Shown here piece after piece: positions 40,187 to 53,984 of a stretch of 64,000 nt of DNA (position 1 is the first letter of the stretch; each line of letters starts with the position of its first letter). The notes below the pieces were generated by a model that saw only the letters and a program-made list of their open reading frames with translations, had not been told where the DNA came from and did not search any database. The stretch comes from Lama glama. Taxonomy: Eukaryota. The position numbers and the translations under genes are program-made. Location of the stretch: assembly GCA_028534125.1 (NCBI GenBank), contig CM052818.1, forward strand, positions 13,084,001-13,148,000, read 5' to 3'.

Positions 40187-42962
40187 CTGCCTCCCCCCTT
40201 CTAGTGCTAAGTGTGGTTTTGAGACCACCACCACCAGCCCGTGTTTCTGGCGCTCTGCAGGGGAGGAGACTGCGTGCTCTGCCCTCCTTCTTTGGTGCTG
40301 TGATGGTGGACAGGGCTGTGCTCCATCTGTGCAGTTTTCTGTGTTCATGTGCACATGCAGTGCCCATGGTCTTCAGCCTAGCTTGATGCGCTGCTCTGTC
40401 TGCATCACCCATAGTGACTCTGGTAAGTGACAACTTTCCCTGAGTGCAGCCTGACTACCGCACTGAACCCTGAACAGTAGCAAAGAGAGTAAGAACTGAG
40501 AGTGAAAACCAGACGAACACAAATGAGGAAGAAGATTCAAAGAAAAAGGGATGCTTGTGTTTGGAAGTAGCACTGACTCAATGACTAAACATGCACACGA
40601 TTTGTCTGACTGGTCTTAGTGAGCAGTGACCCTCTGGCTGTTAATAAACACCGAATTTAGGCCAAAGTGAAGGTCATACATAAAGAACATATTTATTTAT
40701 TCAACAATTATTTGAATTTTTCAGACACTGATTAATGGAGAACAAGCAATAGATAAGAAATAAGAAAATAAATAAAATCATTTCAAAATATGTTAAGGGT
40801 GATAAAGGAATGATTGGATGGTTAGAAAACGCCTCTCGGGAGAATGGGCATTTAAATTAATAATGAATGAGAGCCAGTCATGGCTAGAGGATGAGCATTC
40901 TAGCCAAAAGGGGCAGCATATGCAAAGGCCCTGTGGTAGAGATGAGCAAAGTCATTTTTTAAAAATAGAGAGTACAATTAGAAAGAAGAGTGTTAGGCAT
41001 CAAGTCTGTATGTGACTCAAACCAGCTTATGGTAAGGTTCTTATGATCCCTGCCAGCTCTAGAACTCCATAAATCTCTCTAGGAAGTGATGTATTAATAG
41101 GCACAGATGAGGCAGATTCTACTGGCTTTAGCACTTTGGACTGACTATACAAAAATGCCAGAAGAAGGCATCTCAGTAGATGACATGTATAAGTAGTCAC
41201 CCATTTCCATCACAAGAATAAAGAGGATGAACTGGATTTTAGAAACTCGGTTGTGATCTGGTTAGTCAAAGAAAGAAAAGTGGTCATGAACAATCCCCTA
41301 TCCTCACCATCCTAAAAGACCACAGGACTGGAGGATGGAGGTGATGTGAATAGACATAGTGGGAATTGGAGATTACACAACAGACCAGCAGATCCATGAA
41401 CGACCTGGAGTATAAAGAATTATTTAAAAAAATTTAAACTGCAAAGGTTGTTCAAGAGTATCCGTCAAACTACTCTGTGGGGGCTTTGAAACAAAAACCC
41501 TTTTCAAGTCCCTTCTGAAAAACTCATTCCCAATTATGAAGACAACACCAATATTTCAGGTAAAATTTCCTCTTAATGAGGAAAGAGAAGAGTCTGGGGA
41601 CAGATGAACTGAGTTGCCTGGTTAAGTATTTAATTTCCCACTTAGCTTGGCAAGTCAAGACAGACAGCCTCAGCTCATACATTAATATTTATGAAAAATG
41701 GCATAATGTTTCATTTGGAAAGAAGATTTGGGGGGAAATACTACATCCAGCAATGCCAGCTCAGACTTTCTGGATGGCTACATGCTGGTGTAGGTGGGCT
41801 CCTTAATACAGAAGCTAAACCTCCAATTAATGTGGAATATTTGTTGTGAAAATATCTGTACAGACAAATTGCTCAAATGGATGCCTCGGAAACCATAGCA
41901 ACTATACATTTTAATTAAAGTTTGCTGCTTGAAAGGAAAATCTTAAATAATTGGTGCCTCCAAGTCTTTGCTGAATTGGCTGAGCTATAGGAAACACAGG
42001 CTTTTAATAACAGGAAAAGAAAAATCTTCCACTTTACCATCTTCCATTTACTGTGTGCATCTCTTATAATGTGAGATAGCCTGAGTTAATTCTCCAATAC
42101 AGGAAGCTAAAATTTGCTCTGTGAACGGAAAGTCCACTTGAACACAAAATAGAAGAAAAATTATAACTGTGGCTTAGGAATGTTTTTCCAGCCACAGATA
42201 AGACACACACAAAAGACATTTTAAAAACCTTTTGACAACTACCATTAATACTTTCAATTTATTGAATGTCAGTGACGTCTGTTTATCATAGAAAAGTGAC
42301 ATTTTGCTATTTTGTGAAGAACTACCTGAAACAGAAGTGGAAATATTTTAACTATGCACTTATTCAACAAACATTTATGGGCAGTCAACCATGTGTCTGT
42401 ACTGCAAACAAATATGGAATATATTTAACAGAACATTCCTATATACTATGTGCTTTCTGGACACTTTGTTTTATCCTCACAATAGTATTGTTACTATTCA
42501 ATAATACTAAGATTGTGTTGACCACTGCAAACCAGTTCAAGGCTTCAATAGAAGTAATCAGTCACTTCATCAATTTCTGTCAATAACAACAAAGCCAAAA
42601 TAAATCTCAGGTAAATCACTGGAGTAACTTATCTATGCAATGAACAGACGCAAAGGTCCTCAGACCCAATCAAAAGCAGAAATAAAATTCTGAGGCTATA
42701 AATATATGAAAAAAAAATTTAAGCTGGGATCAGATTGGTTTTGCCCCTAATATCCAAGAACAGGTTATAGGAGAGCCATATAATCATTTAAGTGTTCTGG
42801 CAAAGATTAATAGTTAAAAGCTATCCAAATCAAATCTGGCACTGGGGCAGTTCTTCGGATGACTCCAAATGGGAATAGTCAACATTTTATTCCAAATGTA
42901 TTATCTCCTTAGCTGTCAACTAATCCAAATCTCTATCTAAATTCTTTAAAGAAATATGTCTC

Positions 42963-42967
<5 letters not shown>

Positions 42968-42999
<32 letters not shown>

Positions 43000-43015
43000 G
43001 ATGATGATGATGATG
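42968..43015. repeat. Compound microsatellite (ATT)10(ATG)6
   Basis: Read directly from the sequence. Confidence 0.97.
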
Positions 43016-44714
43016 TATTATTAACATCCCCTGTCACCACTCTGGCCCCAGGTCTCCCAACACCAAGTCCACCACTGAGCTGACGCCTTCTAGCCAGTCT
43101 GAGTTCCCTCCAAGCTGGGGAAGTTCCAACTGCCAACGAAGCTAAGAAGCTGGGATTTGTGATTCTTTCAAGGTGAGGTGGCTGTATTTACACACATTCA
43201 TTCTCCCATGTCCTACACGCCTACTTGCCACCTCAAAGAGGAAGTTCTCATTATCATCCCCTGGTACAAAACACACTGCCTAGCACACAGCACGGTTTCA
43301 AAAGCTTTTTTGTTGAGGAGGTTTGATTTACTTAGGCTTTGCCCATCTAAACACTGTCCCTTTTCTTTGTAAAAATCTACCAATCCCACTGATCTTTTAA
43401 GAGCTGGCCCCCAAGCCCATCCATTGTCAGCAGAGCCTCCCTTGACTAAGTTAGCCTGCCACAGTCACTTCCATTTCTGAATTTATACCGTACTTCGCCT
43501 TAACTCAGTGAAGTGCTATATAGATGAACACGGGATTTCGCTCTAACGTACCCAGGTGGTGGTTTTACCTCCCCAGTCGTGCAAGCTCCTTGAGGGCAGG
43601 CGCTTGGTTGATATCCCACAGTGTCTGGCACAATGTCGGACGTGTGGTACCGGCTGCATAAATACTTGCTATGTGGGTAAATATTTTCAGTCTTAAAGTC
43701 ATTACCATAACTAGATTCAATTGCTTAAAAAATAGTCACTTTTACTTCTACCAGGTTTATTTTATGAAATTTCCACATTCCCAAATGGCTGCTGGGGAAA
43801 CAAAAAGTTATGCAAAATGCAGTCTGATAAAACAATTAGTATTTTTTCCTCCTCTTCATTACAAAATGTTTAAACAGATTGTATTTAAGAAATTACCTCA
43901 GCCAACCCCATGGGAGGTGCGGCAGGTGGGCAGAACTCCAAAAGTTTATTTGTAAATCAGTTGTTGGGAAAGAGGAAAGCACGTTCTCAGTGACAGAAAG
44001 AATGCCCTAAGTGGAGGGGCGGGGTGTAGTTAGTTTTCCAGAAGTCTGCAGCAGATGAAGCAAACGGGGGCTGGGGAAGAGAAGCAGCTCCAGGGAGGCT
44101 GACTTGACGCTCAACACCAAGGCTCTGGGAAAGGAAGGAGGAATAATCACAGGCTCCCTCCACACCCCTTCCTCTGTGTGGTGACTGGGAATCAGGGACC
44201 AGTGCTCCAGTGCTGGGGGACAGGAAATTCCAAAGAGCACTGAGTAGTGAGTCTTCACTATAACTTTCAAGAGGAAAGAGACAAGGAATACCACATTAAA
44301 GTTCAAGGGAAAGGACCACTTGTGGCTACCCAACTGGACAGGCTGTTTGTGCATCAACGGCCTCATAAACGAACAGGAGATGTACTTCAGGGTATCCTCA
44401 ACTGGCAGGCAGCTGGGACACCACTGAGCCCAGTCTTTCTCACACTGTGTGCTTCCGAACTCTAGATTCCCTCACTAAGTTGACAGCTGCTCTGGGGAAA
44501 AGACACATCATGGTCAATCAGTTTGAGGATCATGAGGCAAAATAAAAATCAACCACAGGTCACCACTGGCTACTTTAAGATAATTATGAATATTGTAAAT
44601 CCTGGCAATGTTGAAGGAAGATGGACCACATGACACTTCCCAAACTATTTTAACACAGAATGCTTTTCACCATGGACAATACTCTGCAGGTTGTAGGTTG
44701 GAAGATTCACGTCA

Positions 44715-44860
44715 ACCCATCCTCTGCATTTTATAGGTGGAGAAACTGAGGCCTAGATAAGCAAAATAATTTCTGGTGACAGCAGGGTTCATATGTGGAA
44801 GAACAGGGACGGGACTGAGAATTTTCATCCTCTGGGTCAGTACACTTTCTTCCGAGCATC
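44715..44860 (-). mobile_element. MIR SINE
   Basis: 'cattttataggtggagaaactgaggcctaga'. Confidence 0.75.
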
Positions 44861-47079
44861 TGCCAGCTTCTCACTCCGGCTCTGACCACTGTTCCATTTT
44901 GTTGGGCAGCTGTGCCTCCCCATCCCAAGGCTCTGCCTTCCCCCTCCCTCCGTAGATAAGTGCCACGCTCATTCACGACTGCCCTTAACTCCTGTCCCTC
45001 ATCCATTCTACTTAATATCAGATCCAATCTCAACCGCCAGCTCACTTAGATCTCTGCAGATGACATGCTGCCAGAATCCCCACCGCCATGTGGCTGATCA
45101 CTGGCCAAAACACCCCTGCTGCCCTTACTGGACCCTTTTAATACTAATTACTGCTTGTGGCCACACCTATTCCTGATACCACCCCCTTGCTCCTCCACAG
45201 GCCCAGCCCTGACTACCCAACTAGAACGCCCCCCCCATAGCTTCGCTGGGTCCGACTAAAGTCCCTGCCCTCCCTGTGAACACCTAGCACTCACATCCCA
45301 TCCCTGTTCCTCTGCCACCCAGCTAGCTATTTGTTGCTACAGGCAACATCATGTACCAGGGCCTGTAGGACAACCTTCTGCCACAGCAAGTATCCATGGC
45401 AACCAGATGGGGCCAGCAAATAGAATTAAAGTCCACAGATAATTCCCCAAAGTTAGCTTAGCTGATAGATGATTTATCAGAGCAGTGAACATTTGGCAAA
45501 ACTGAGTATCCTGGGCTCCAAGTCCTCTTTGTTGTATCACGGTCTGCTGGGCAAAGACATGGCTTAAAGTGAGAGCCTGGAAAAGAGATGGCTGCTCCAG
45601 CCTTGAGTGACCTACAGGGAGAACACTGCCTAGGAGATGAAACAAGTGAGGGCAGGATGCAAATCAGATATGAGGCCTCCTCATTCCCACTGCAGAGTCA
45701 ACCAAATTTATCGAGGGCCTGTGATGCGCCCGGTAATATAAGGAACGTAAAGAAATGTAACACATGAGATTTGCACAGGCTTGTCAGGGAAGTAAAACTG
45801 AAATGTTTAAAAATACAAATATGATTTAAATGGCTATTAAGATAAAAATAGAAGACAAAGAATGATCACAAAAGGAGCATGATTAGCTGCCAACCAGACA
45901 GTACAAACAGTAACAGCCATGAATGGCCAGGCAATAAGATGACAATTGCTCATCTCTGATCATAATGAAAGACTTTCAGGACACGAAAGGCAGTATCACC
46001 ATCCGACTCATCCACCCTTCCATCAAATGAGCATGTTAATCCCTAACCCATGTGAGGATTAAGTAAGATGGTGTATATGAAGCATTTTTTGGGAGCATTA
46101 AGCACTCTACGAAATTCATGATCATACTCTTGTATTTCAGGACCAAAATCTAGACTAGCAAGTCTATCCTCTTTATAGGACAGTCTGGAAATATTACATC
46201 AAATTAGTTTTAGGACCCGTGACTACTGTCAGGTTTTTCACAATTAGAGATGAATGCAATTAGCACATCGTAGGCACTAAGCAAATATCAAACAGATGAA
46301 TGTTAAAATGAAAGTGCTGCACAGATAGTATTTCCTTTTCACCAAAATCCTTAAAATCCCTTTATAAAATAGACTCTCATAAAGCAAATCATGTTTTCTC
46401 ACTGAGACTATATATTAATTGGGTGTTTGTTTCTGACCATGGATTTGGTAGTACAGCTGTCACAAATATGATCTACAAGGTCATAAAAGCAAAGATAAAA
46501 TAATCACACATCTTTATAATTATGTAAAACACTAAAGTTATTCTTCAAACCTTATAACATGGGCATCATGCATGGTACACACTGATCATACAAAGGGCCC
46601 AAGCATAATAAACTGCCTCGACATCGAACTACAACCCCATCATATTATAAATTCAAATCCAAGTTACTGTGTTAACTATAATAAATGTGTAATTAAAAAT
46701 GATTTTCTTGCTTTTTTAGCACTATCTTCAGGTATTCAAACATCATCCAAGAAATTCTGATTTAGGCTCCCATTTTCTCATAAGAAATGTCTCATCACAA
46801 ACAGAGGCCTTCTAAATCATTTCATCAACTCAGAGCTGCTGGTAAAGAGAAAGGTTTTTAGATTTTACCATTCATAATGACAGCAATGGTGGTGTTTCTA
46901 CATCTCAAAATTTACTCAGTAGGTCCCCATTAACACAACGCTTCTCCCCATCATTTTCTCCTACCTCCTGCTTCAGTCACAGTCAGAAAAGCGGATGCCC
47001 AACATCACACCTAAACAGTGCCACTGGAAAGCAAGTGTTTCCTGCTGCCGACTCCGGTGTATCTGCACTTCTGAGTCTG

Positions 47080-47194
47080 GCGGTGCTTCTCAAACATTAG
47101 CGTGCATTCAAGTCACCTACTCATCTCCCTAAAGTATAGGTTTTTGGCTCAATATTACTGGGCTGAGGATGACACTCTTGTTGCTAGTCCGGGG
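47080..47194. mobile_element. MER5-family MITE relic, interrupted by the adjacent L1
   Basis: 'cggtgcttctcaaacattagcgtgcattcaagtcacct...tgctagtccgggga'. Confidence 0.55.
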
Positions 47195-48497
47195 AATCAG
47201 AACAGTCTCTCACACCATATACAAAAATAAACTCAAAATAGATTAAAGACCTAAACGTAAGACCAGATACTCTAAAACTCCTATAGGGAAACACAGGCGG
47301 AAAGCTCTCTGACATAAATTTCAGCAATTTTTTTTTTTGGATCCAAGTCCTAGAGTAATAGAAACAAAAACAGAAATAAACAAATGGGACATAATTAAAT
47401 TTTAAAGCTTTTGCACAGCAAAGGAAATCATAAACGAAGCGAAAAGACAACCTATGGAATGGGAGAAAATATTTGCAAACCATGTGACTAACAATAGATT
47501 AATTTCCAAAACATACAAAGAGCTCATACAGCTCAATATCAAAAAAAAAAACCAAACAACCTAATCAAAACATGGGCAGAAGAGCTAAAGAGGCATTCCT
47601 CCAAAGATGTACAGATGGCCAACAGGCACATGAAAAGTTGCTCAACATCACTAATTATTAGAGAAATGCAAATCAAAACTACAATGAAATATCACCTCAC
47701 ACCAGTTAGAATGGTCATCATCAAAAGTCTACAAATAATAAATGCTGGAGAGGGTGTAGAGAAAAAGGAACCCTCCTAAACTGTTAGTGGGAATATGAAT
47801 TGGTGCAGCCTCTACAGAAAACAGCAAGGAGATTCCTTGAAAAACTAAAAATAGAGTTGCCATATGGTCCTGCAATCTCACTCTTCAGTATATATCTAGA
47901 GAAAACTATAATTTGAAAAGATAAATGCACCCCAAAGTTCACAGCAGCACCATTTACAATAGCCAAGACATGGAAGCAACCTAAATGTCCATCAATAGAT
48001 GAACGGATAATGAAGATATATATATATACACATACATATATACACACACATATATACAAATATTATATAGCCATAAAAATAATGCCATTTGCAGCAACAT
48101 GGATGGACCTAGAGGTTATCATATTAAGTGAAGTTAGACAGAGAAAGACAAATATATTATATTACTTATATATGGATTATAAAAAAATAATACAAATGAA
48201 CTTATTTACAAAAGAGAAAGAGACACACAGACATAGAAAATAAACTTATGGCTACCAAAGGGGGAAGTAGGGCAGAGAGGGCCAAATCAGGAGTTTGGGT
48301 TTAACAGATATACACACTAGTATATATAAAATAAATAAGAACCTAATATATAGCACAGAGAACTACATTCACTATTTTATAATAATCTATAACGAAAAAG
48401 AACCTGAAAAAGGATATATATACACACATCACTAAATCACATTGTGTACACCTGAAACGAACACTGTAAATCAACTATGCTTGAATAAAAATAAAAA
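47195..48497 (+). mobile_element. 5'-truncated LINE-1 (ORF2 end plus cetartiodactyl-type 3'UTR)
   Basis: 'cacaccatatacaaaaataaactcaaaat', peptide MPFAATWMDLEVIILSEVRQ, and 3' end 'tgtacacctgaaac...tgtaaatcaactatgcttgaataaaaataaaaa'. An internal TA/CA repeat lies at ~48016-48058. Possible short target-site duplication AATCA. Confidence 0.95.
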
Positions 48498-49454
48498 TCA
48501 CTTTTATTATTAACCAAATGTTACAATCTTGTCACCTCCCACATCAGCATCACCATTACTTTCTGAGCAATATGTCACACTGTGCTATTAGACAAGTTAT
48601 CACTTTGCCATAAAACATTTGAGAAACTGAGCCTGTAGTGGCAACTAGGGTCTGTGAAGCTTTTATGATCACTAAGCTGGCAGCCTCAGTTAATGTGTTG
48701 CAAGCTGAAGCTCATAAAACATATTTAAAAAACTGCTATGATTAGCGTAGCTGCCTATCAGATTTAAGAGCTGGTTCTGATGTCAAGAAAGAAATTTAAT
48801 TTTAACCATTACAAGGACTCATGACATAAGCCACTTATTTTCCTTCTTCTGAAGTCTCTGAACAAGAAATAAAATCTAAACTTTTACTCTGTAATTACCT
48901 TCTTATGAAAAAGTTTTGGTACGGAAGTTCATATATTACGTTTAAAATTCTTTTTTCCCACAGAAGGACTGCCTAGGTTCCCCTCTAACGAAAATAAATA
49001 TTAACTCTCAACACAATAGAATTACCGTATTAATAATAATATTTTCCCATTATTTCTATAGGAAGTAGTCTCACAGTCTGGTCTGGAGTCTGGAACTTTG
49101 GAAGCTGGGGAACCCACTTCTTTCCACCTTCAAAAGGGAATTCTGGTTTCTAAAGGAGAAGACTCCCCTCACTTTCCCAAGGCTGCAGCCTTCTCTCTCT
49201 CCAGGCATTAGCCTCTAAGTTGCAAGCCTAGGATTCGATCGACTCCGAAGAAACTTGCTTTGGACTGTACAGTGCACAGTGCAGATTCAAGGAGACAATA
49301 CACGCTGTAGATCTGCCAAAGGACTGAGCTCAGTGGACATTTAATAAAGAAAAGTTCCCTCTCCTGCCCCTCCCAAATAGATGCCACTCTGGCTGAAGCC
49401 CTCTTTTTGCTTTCAGTGAATGGTAGTGTCAACAGAGATAGAACCTTACAGAAA

Positions 49455-49600
49455 ATATCCGTGATAGGTATTTTTAGGTTCCATTTTCCAGATGATGGAA
49501 AATTAAGCTCAGGGAAATTAAGTCTCCCCAGCCTCACTAATGTTCAGACAGCTAGGAGGCAGCCGTCAGGATTTGAACCCAAGTCTTTCTGAGTCCAGAA
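49455..49600 (-). mobile_element. MIR SINE
   Basis: 'ccattttccagatgatggaaaattaagctcaggg...aggatttgaacccaagtct'. Confidence 0.75.
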
Positions 49601-49862
49601 GAAAGCTCAGTCTTGTTAGCTCCCATCTTAAGTGGATCCTCACGGTTCCACACGGCCCTAATAAATCCCAGTCCCTAAAACCCTTGCACATATCCATTGC
49701 TAAGAGCTCCCTCAGCTCTGGCCTTCATTTTAGTCCAAAATAGTTTGGGTGAGGGCAAGGGGGAGTTCTTTTTACAGAGGTGCAGACAGCTCTAAGAGTG
49801 CGCTTCAGAACAGGAATGTTTTAACGAACATCAGTTAAACCCCTCTCTTGTGCAAGAGGCTG

Positions 49863-50438
49863 AGACGTCCTTTAGCAGAATGGATAAACTGTGGCATATC
49901 CAGACAATGAAATATTACTCAGAGGTAAAAAGAAATGAGCTATCAAATCATGACAAGACAGGGAGGAATCTTGAATGCATATTATTAACTGAAAGAAGTC
50001 AATCTGAAGAGGCTTCATACTGTATGATTTCAAGTCTATGACGTTCTGGAAAAGGCAAAACAGGGGAGACAGTAAAAAGATCAGTGGTTGTCAGGAGGGG
50101 GCGAGATGATGATTAGGCAGAACACTGAGGATTTTTAGGGCAGTGAAAGAAATCTGTATGACATTAAAATGATGGTTATCTGCCATTATACTTTTATCCA
50201 AACCACAGAATGTACAACACCAAGAATCACCCCAAGGTAAACCATGGACTTTGGAAGATTATGATGTATCAGTAGGTTCATCAGTTGTAACCACTGTCCC
50301 AGTCTGATGAGCAATGTTGATAACAGGGGAGGCTATACAGGTGTGGGGCAGGGGACACAAGGGAAAACTCTGTGCCTTCCTCTCAATTTTATTCTAAATC
50401 TAAAACTTCTCCAAAAGATAAAGTCTTGGGGGGAAAAA
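49863..50438 (+). mobile_element. Old L1 3' end (L1MC-type)
   Basis: 'gaatggataaactgtggcatatccagacaatgaaatattactc...aaaagaaatgagctatcaa...ttctggaaaaggcaaaac...agaatgtacaacaccaaga'. Confidence 0.9.
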
Positions 50439-51199
50439 GTCTCATTTGAAAGTGTCTGAAAATGGTGAACTCTACTGGCTTCTCATGACTAGTTTGAGGC
50501 AATGTCAAGATTTGCCCAAGATGGTCTGGGCTGCTGTCAAAACACAAGGTCACCTCCTTAAATGTCTACTCATGCATGCTATGAGACTAAAAACAGGATG
50601 ATCTTGGAGTGAATGAGCTTCAGAATGGGAGTGACTCATGTAATGTACTTCCTAAAGACTCTTAAGTGTTTGCTGTTGACAACGATGTCATGAAGGCGGT
50701 GTTCAGAAAGGCCTTTCCTCCCTGCCTTCTTACTCACTGTCACGCTTGCCTTAACTGTCAATAGCCACTGCTGAAAGCAATCAAAAAGTCAATCCTATAT
50801 ATGAATCATGTCCAGTTGTCTGTACATAACATACGTATTTGGAAGAGATTTTTCTGTGGCTGTACATCGAAGTTTTTATGTCAGATCATTTTATTTCCGG
50901 TTTGCTTTTGTCAAAGGTATTACATCTTCTGCAGTAAAGCCAGAAGCAGGCAGGAACATCTTGACATTAGGAGTAGAACTATGTAACCATCATTACAGAC
51001 TATGGTATCAACTTTGCTTCACTGCAGGCCAGTGCTGGGAGGCCCTTTAGCTGTGTGTGTGTTCTGCTCTTTCAACTGAAGCCATCTCTCGACCCACCAT
51101 CTTGCCCTGCTAAGTAAAACAGCACCACATGTGGACAAGGTGCAGGCCGTTAAGCCATCTAGACATTCGTCCCAGTCATGGTGCTGCCAATTAGGTATA

Positions 51200-51325
51200 C
51201 TACCTTTAGCCTCCCTGAGCCTTAGTTTCTTCACCTACAAGATGAAGATAACAGTACTTTGTAAAGTTGACGTAAGGATAAGAAATAAATAACTGGTATA
51301 TAATAAACATTCAATCAATGATAGG
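51200..51325 (+). mobile_element. MIR SINE fragment
   Basis: 'cctccctgagccttagtttcttcacctacaagatgaagataacagtac'. Confidence 0.7.
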
Positions 51326-52233
51326 CTAATTTTTTTTAACATGCATACATCAATAAAGAAAAAAACTCAATCTCCAGGCATCAGTGTCACTCAATATAAG
51401 AAAAAAGGCCATTTATTCAACAGATATTAGTTCATTAAGTTTCTAGGCTACCTCTCACCATTGCGTGAAGTACCAGGGTTACTCCCATGAATAAGTGAGG
51501 CCTGTATGGAGCTTGACTCCAGTGGAAAAGCTGATGTGACTGCACCAGATTTGAACCCAGTTTTTATTAAAGCATAGATGATCATTTCTGTGTTATGGAA
51601 TTAATATATTTTGTCATGGTAAATTTCGTTATTTACTATTTTTCCTGTTTTGCATACTTAAAAGCAGACGATCCCTTCAACTGGTAAGACTACAGCATGC
51701 AAGAAAATGAAGAAAAATGAGTTTTAAAACATTCAGAATAAACCACTTACAAAGACCAATTTCATCTATTCAAAGCACAGGAAATAAATTATAAAGATAA
51801 CCTCCCCAGATGTCTTTGGTTTGGGCAGAAGTTCTAGAAACTTTAAAAATGTTTAACCTTATCTCCAGCTTAAAAATCTAAATTATTAAAAGAGCCACAT
51901 AAATTTTGAACCTAGCAAAACTACTCATACTGAATTTTCAATCAATCAACCTGAATTAGGCCAAATGTCTTTCTGAGATAACAACAGCTGGGAAAGAGAA
52001 AAATGTAACCCACTTGGAAGGATAATCATACTGAGTCTGGAAGTACCCTACTAGATCATCTTGTCCAGAAGGACAGGTGCTGCATCTTGCTCACTGCTAT
52101 AACTCAGCACCCAGCCTGGGCCTGATACATAGTAGGTGTTCAATAAATATCTATGGCCTAACCAAGTGTCAAACACGCTTACTTGAAATGTTATTATATC
52201 TGGCAGATCTCCAACCCGAAACAGTATAGGTCA

Positions 52234-52558
52234 TGCTATGGGCTGAATGCTGGAGTCCCTTCAAATCCCTATGGAAAAGCCCTCTTTGGAGGTGGAGCTT
52301 TCAAAAGGTAATTAGGTCATGAAGGTGGAGCCCCCATGCATGGGATTAGTGCCCTTATAGGAAAAAACACAAGAGATGATCTCACTTGCCTCTCCACCGC
52401 ATAAGGATACAACAACCAGAAGGAGGGCTCTCACCAGAACCCGATCATGCTGGCACTCCCACCTTAGACTTCCAGTCTCTAGAACTGTAAGAAATAAAGT
52501 TCCACTGTTATGCTACCTAGTCTCTGATAGTTTTGCTATAGCAGCCTCAGCTAAGAAA
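52234..52558 (+). mobile_element. MaLR solo LTR (MLT1A-like)
   Basis: Starts 'tgctatgggctgaatg'; contains 'tgggattagtgcccttata' and 'gacttccagtctctagaactgtaagaaataaa'; ends 'tatagcagcctcagctaaga'. Confidence 0.9.
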
Positions 52559-53267
52559 TGCCATGGCATGGGTTACTGTATGCAATAAACACAGTAAAAA
52601 AAAGCATTTCTAATTCATTATTTTCACCAACTTAAACTTATACACTCACACCTTCTCTGAACAACTTAAACTCGATGTATTCTGTGTAAGTGGTTATGTA
52701 ATAAATTAAAATTTGAGTATTTCTATAAAACATTTTCAATCCAACTCAAAAATTGCTGTCTAGAAAGATACCAGTTCTTCTTCATGCTCAAGTCTAACAG
52801 AATATATGGTACAGAAGGAAAGGCCACAACCCTCCTGCTCATGTTCATCCATGTAGCCATATCTTTTAGCAGTCTGGCACCTAAGGATGTAACACAATTT
52901 TTGTGAAGAACAGTGAAAGAAGGAGAGAGAACATGAGAAAGGAGGGAATCTTTTCCTGAAACAAGTTTATAGTTCAATTGAAAAGAGATGTGTCAATCTT
53001 CAAATTGTCATTTTGGTACCTAATGTCATTATCTGGGAAACAGGAGTACTTGATTATTAAATCAGCAATGCTGATTACAAAATCAGACGCACTCTACTCA
53101 GAATTAAATTCAGCAATTAATCAAAGCCAATGTGCCCACTTGTAAATATCAATATTCAATTTTAAGCATATAAGCCAGCCAATCAATTAAAACTGAGACC
53201 ATGACTTTAATCAGTGAATGCTGAGATACAATTTGCTGAATTCTGAATGTAATGAAACTTAAGTCAT

Positions 53268-53820
53268 TGTTAAAACCTATTAGAAGGTAAACTAAGGCAC
53301 ATTAATTTTTTTTTTAAAGTATGAGCAAACAGGTACTGGCTTTGGACAGTACCAAACCGGAAGCGGTTAGAAGCACTCCACCAAGAGGAGCTAGGGGCAA
53401 GGTTTTTATAGTGAAAATGTGAAAGCTAAGAAATTATAGCCTTCCCTTGGTAACCACAAGGGATTGGTATCCCTGCAGCTACCAAAATAATGGATGCTCG
53501 AGTCCCTTATCCTAATACAATGTAATGCAATGTGAAAATTCAAGCTTTGTTTCTTGGAGCTTCCTGAAATTTTTTTTCTGATTACTTTCGATCACAGTTG
53601 GTTGAAACTGGGGATGTGGAATCCACAGATAGGAAGGACTAACAGTGTTTGCTTATAGCGTTTCGTGATTGTCTTATTTGGAAAAGTCTAGCTGACTGTT
53701 TCAGTTTTACTTTCTTGAATTTCAGTGTATTGACTGGCACCTAGGTTCTGGTTTGCTCACCTAGGTGACCAAGGCATCAGAGTCACCTGAGTCTAATGGC
53801 CTCCATATTTAAATACTTCA
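53268..53820 (-). mobile_element. ERV1-class solo LTR relic (MER4-group-like), interrupted by a Tigger MITE
   Basis: 'tgttaaa...aaactaaggcaca...gagcaaacag...aaccggaagcggttag' and 'agtctaatggcctcc' resemble recalled ERV1 LTR ends. The subfamily is uncertain. Confidence 0.55.
53466..53648. mobile_element. MER2/Tigger2-derived MITE fragment
   Basis: 'ggatgctcgagtcccttat' and 'ttcgatcacagttggttgaaactggggatgtggaatccacagataggaaggactaacagt' match the Tigger2/MER2 terminus. Confidence 0.75.
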
Positions 53821-53984
53821 AGAAGCCGGATCTTACTGCCTTTGAGGCACATACACAGATTACAGAATTTCTCAGTGTTATCTACTAGCTGTGCCCTCGC
53901 CTCCTGAACAATCTGGGAGTAGAGGCTGTATACTACAAAGAGTACTCCCCCAGCTGCCAACACAGAGCAGTATATTTTAGTGTT

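Noticed and set aside
48498..48635. Possible L1 3' transduction, since a MER5-like 'acatttgagaaactg' reappears ~120 bp after the tail
   Set aside because: There is no second poly(A) tail or distal target-site duplication. A short AATCA duplication right at the tail explains the junction more simply.
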